A stretch of DNA of 40,177 nt from Octopus bimaculoides (taxonomy: Eukaryota): NCBI RefSeq assembly GCF_001194135.2, contig NC_068981.1, positions 61,440,314-61,480,490 of the forward strand, given 5' to 3'. The translations under genes and the position numbers were made by a program. How positions within the stretch are numbered: position 1 is the stretch's first letter; every line of letters starts with the position of its first letter. Positions 36,210 through 40,177 of the stretch are shown piece after piece. A model generated the notes under the pieces. The model saw only the letters and a list, made by a program, of their open reading frames with translations. It was not told where the DNA came from and searched no databases.

Positions 36210-36620
36210 TTCTATTATCCTTTTACGTGTTTCACTCATTTGAGGGTGGCCATGCTGGAGCTCCGCCTGTAGTCGAACAAAGGAAACCCAAGACTAATTT
36301 TTTTTTAGCCTAGCACTTATTCTATTTTTTCTCTTTTGCCGAACCACTAAGTTACGGGAACGTAAACACACTAGCATCGGTTGTCAAGTGATGGTGGAGT
36401 GACGAACACACACAAACAGGCACACACACACAAACAGGCACACCTATTTATGTACGGCGGGCTCCTTTCAGTTTCCGTCTACCAAATGCACTCACAAGCC
36501 TTTGGTCGGACCGAAGACATAGTAGAAGACACCCGACCAAGGTGTCACGCAGTGGAATTGAACCCAGAACCATGTGGTTGTTATGCAAGCTACTTATCAC
36601 ACAGCCACTCCTGCGCCTAT
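36210..36620 (-). mobile_element. Near full-length tRNA-derived SINE
   Basis: The minus strand starts AGGCGCAGGAGTGGCTGTG (A-box-like)..GGGTTCAATTCC (B-box), then the central domain, an internal TG-rich tract, and a tail GGCGGAGCTCCAGCATGGCC..GTGAAACACGTAAAAG. Confidence 0.88.
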
Positions 36621-37339
36621 AAAAGTTTATAAATGTCTATAANNNNNNNNNNNNNNNNNNNNNNNNNNNNNNNNNNNNNNNNNNNNNNNNNNNNNNNNNN
36701 NNNNNNNNNNNNNNNNNNNNNNNNNNNNNNNNNNNNNNNNNNNNNNNNNNNNNNNNNNNNNNNNNNNNNNNNNNNNNNNNNNNNNNNNNNNNNNNNNNNN
36801 NNNNNNNNNNNNNNNNNNNNNNNNNNNNNNNNNNNNNNNNNNNNNNNNNNNNNNNNNNNNNNNNNNNNNNNNNNNNNNNNNNNNNNNNNNNNNNNNNNNN
36901 NNNNNNNNNNNNNNNNNNNNNNNNNNNNNNNNNNNNNNNNNNNNNNNNNNNNNNNNNNNNNNNNNNNNNNNNNNNNNNNNNNNNNNNNNNNNNNNNNNNN
37001 NNNNNNNNNNNNNNNNNNNNNNNNNNNNNNNNNNNNNNNNNNNNNNNNNNNNNNNNNNNNNNNNNNNNNNNNNNNNNNNNNNNNNNNNNNNNNNNNNNNN
37101 NNNNNNNNNNNNNNNNNNNNNNNNNNNNNNNNNNNNNNNNNNNNNNNNNNNNNNNNNNNNNNNNNNNNNNNNNNNNNNNNNNNNNNNNNNNNNNNNNNNN
37201 NNNNNNNNNNNNNNNNNNNNNNNNNNNNNNNNNNNNNNNNNNNNNNNNNNNNNNNNNNNNNNNNNNNNNNNNNNNNNNNNNNNNNNNNNNNNNNNNNNNN
37301 NNNNNNNNNNNNNNNNNNNNNNNNNNNNNNNNNNNNNNN

Positions 37340-37386
<47 letters not shown>

Positions 37387-38261
37387 TGTATGTATATATT
37401 TGCAGGTTATTCCCTGATTTCTGGAGCCGGATAACCGGTCCGGTATTAACTATTTTATATACATACATATAAATGCATACTTACATGCATTTAAGTTTGT
37501 GTGTATACGCACACAATCAAGCCCCGCGCGCGCACACAGAGATATATATATTCTTAACTAAATATTAGTGGCATCTAGTTTTGTGTATGACATGATCTAG
37601 GAGACTATATGTATTTTATTACTACATGTCATTCTCCAGGGTGAGTCGTACATTTATGGCCGATAAAAGTTTTAGTCTTAGCATTCCATTTATAATTTTC
37701 TTTGAAAGTCAATAAAATTAATCAATCATTTTAGCTATAAATACATCCCTTTGGAGTTTATATGCTTGTGGATTCCTGCTGATTAGTGTATTTGCTTTAT
37801 GATTGGTTTGACATTGGTGGTAAAATGTCATTTGATATAATGCATTACTACTCCCTGAAAAAACTTACATCCATTGTACAATTTTTATGCATTGCATTCA
37901 TATAATTTATCAATGCGATTATGTAATCGAAGTTTATTGAGTGAAACTGAATATATTGATAACAACAGTAAATTCGCCTTGAAAGGCAGATTTTCTCATA
38001 CGCAAATCTAGATAAAACTAAAGGTCACAAACAATACGAAATTCTCATTACATATCATTACAGCACACGTAACAACAGCAACATTACATATTTGTATAAT
38101 AATATAAGGATTGAATACCAGAGAGATATACTAAGCGACCATTTGAAAATATCCCCGACATCTTAGGAACCAGTTATGTATTTATATACATTATATTTTT
38201 AAAATATTCATTATATAGATTATAGTTTCAGAACATTCCATATATTATATATAAACAGAGA

Positions 38262-38396
38262 GAGAGGGGAGGAGGGAGGAAGTGAGAGAGAGAAAGAGAA
38301 ATAGAGAGAGAGAAAGAGAAATAGAGAGAGAGAGAAAGAGAAATAGAGAGAGAGAAAGAGAAATAGAGAGAGAGAAAGAGAAATAGAGAGAGAGAT
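38262..38396. repeat. Purine-only minisatellite, 20-22 bp unit (GA)nAAGAGAAATA, about five copies
   Basis: Read directly from the sequence. Confidence 0.9.
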
Positions 38397-38664
38397 GTAT
38401 ATGTCTATGTGTGTTTGTGTTTTTGTATGTATGCTTGAATGTCCGTACGCACATATGTATGCATTAGATATAGCCTAAACTAAAAAATTGAAACGAAAAT
38501 GTATTAATCTCAATCATAATCTAAATTTAAATATGTTACACAAATGTTCCAATAAATTCTGATTGGCCACCGACACTGGTGTATAAGCCCTTTTAAAAGA
38601 AATTCTTCATTTATCTAATTCAATGTTATTTCATGCATCCTGGCAAGGTAATAGCTTTACCATA

Positions 38665-38822
38665 TTCATAATACTGGTTTACAATTTTGGCACATGGCCA
38701 GCAATTTCGGTGGATTAGGTAAGAGGATTACATCGACCAAATCATTTAATTTGTCAATCCAAAAATTTGAAAGGCAAAGTCGACTCCAGTGGAGTTTAAC
38801 TCAGAATGTTAAGGTAACTCCA
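38665..38822 (-). mobile_element. tRNA-derived SINE fragment
   Basis: The minus strand reads ATTCTGAGTTAAACTCCACTGGAGTCGACTTTGCCTTTC..GGTCGATGTAATC..GCTGGCCATGTGCC, the family of 20453. Confidence 0.75.
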
Positions 38823-39874
38823 TATTTATAATATTAGACGTCACCCAATGTTGAGTTTTTAAACATTATATGCAGTAAAATGAGCGCTAGAAAGTACTCC
38901 TTACGAAGTAAAGTTCTTGGATACGAACGTTCAAGTTTAGAAATTACTTCAGGAATATTTCAGCTTAACCGTCCAAACGAGATGACTGAGAAAGGCGTTC
39001 GTGGTTTATCAAATAAGGTTGTATTTAGATAGTGTAGCACAACAGAAATTCAATATATACAATAAACTATCTGTTTTATCTAACTAACAAATGAACGTGT
39101 ATAATCATTTCCTGTGTTGAAATATCTTTACAATTTTTCTGTAGAAAATTTTGGCATTGAATAAATATCAGTTACTACATATTTGTAGTAGGAGTTGTAT
39201 TGAAGTAATGTCGAAAGAACACAGGCCGAGCATATACGTTCGTAATGATAAGATAGATGGGATTTCACATGGAAGGTAAAATGCTGATGTATAAAGGACC
39301 AGAGCCAGAAGAGGACATATAGAAGGAAGTACCCAGTGTCGCTCTCAGTAGCGAAGGAAAAATAGAGTGCCACTAAAATACTGGCAGCGAAATGCATGTA
39401 AGATACTGGGCCAACAGCGCATCTGTTTTTGAAAGATTTACAGCGAACTACTTACACATCTTCCTAGTTCTCATACACATTTTGATCTACGGTGGCTTGA
39501 TTTAGCCTAAGTTCTTATATCAATAATACAGAATTAACTTATATACTTTACCGTGGAATACCAAATACCACCAAATATCACGAAACTTCAGAACATTCCT
39601 CAACTTATTGTCCCTTTATTCTATTTATGTCTATATATAAAAGATACATACATACACTCACATATATGTATATATATATATTGCGTGTGTGTGTGTGTGT
39701 GTGTATATATATGTGTGTGTAAGTATTGTAGATGAGCATGTATATGTAATATCAATCTATGATTATAGCTCTCGGCTGGCTAAAAATCCACGTGTATTCT
39801 CAGTGCAGTATACGACAAGGACTCCTGGCTATCTACACCTTATTAAAACATACGTATACACGCACACACGAGCA

Positions 39875-39879
<5 letters not shown>

Positions 39880-39922
<43 letters not shown>
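39880..39922. repeat. (CA)n microsatellite
   Basis: Read directly from the sequence. Confidence 0.95.
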
Positions 39923-39925
<3 letters not shown>

Positions 39926-40177
39926 ATGTATATGTACACATATATCCGTTACCTTATATCTTGATATTAAGAACTTCGAGCGCTGAACGAAGAAAGAAGG
40001 GAAAGAATAACACATTAAAAGAACTTCTTCAAATTTATAATTATTTCCGTTCCATAGAATGTCAAATAAATATATTATGGTTTATATCATGCAGCCAATT
40101 TCTGCAAAGAATGATATAGTTTATATAAAATTAGCACGGATAAAAAATTTCAGGCAGTTCAGACGTATATATAAGCT

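Noticed and set aside
38985-39450. Possible piggyBac transposase C-terminal relic (RSWFIK, LYLDSVA, ..ICF/ERF) and minus ORF 39128-39397
   Set aside because: It needs several frameshifts and most Cys of the expected C-terminal finger are absent. The minus ORF is probably just the antisense of a purine-rich tract. A frameshift-aware search would settle it.

Overview
AT-rich, microsatellite-dense eukaryotic DNA with many N-gaps. It is not prokaryotic: I see no operons, rRNA, tRNA genes or CRISPR arrays. The SINE families and LINE ORF types match repeats I recall from octopus genomes, so a coleoid cephalopod origin is an inference from memory, not a search result. Most listed ORFs are artefacts of microsatellites or N-gaps. 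What can be supported is largely decayed mobile DNA: a Penelope-type GIY-YIG relic, an R4/Dong-type RLE retrotransposon relic, a Tc1 transposase relic, a mariner-type MITE, two CR1/L2-type RT relics and several tRNA-derived SINEs. There are also a few candidate host exons (minus strand ~23.4-23.8 kb, plus strand ~28.1-28.7 kb) that I cannot name. The most unusual structure is at 11478-15838 (minus strand): a head-to-tail array of diverged elements carrying only a Gag/ORF1-like reading frame with CCHC knuckles and no endonuclease or RT. It has two near-complete units plus the 3' end of a third and abuts the 5' region of the Tc1 relic. A similar short motif follows all three 3' ends, which suggests self- or site-targeted insertion. 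All translations and alignments were done by eye, and TE boundaries are approximate.
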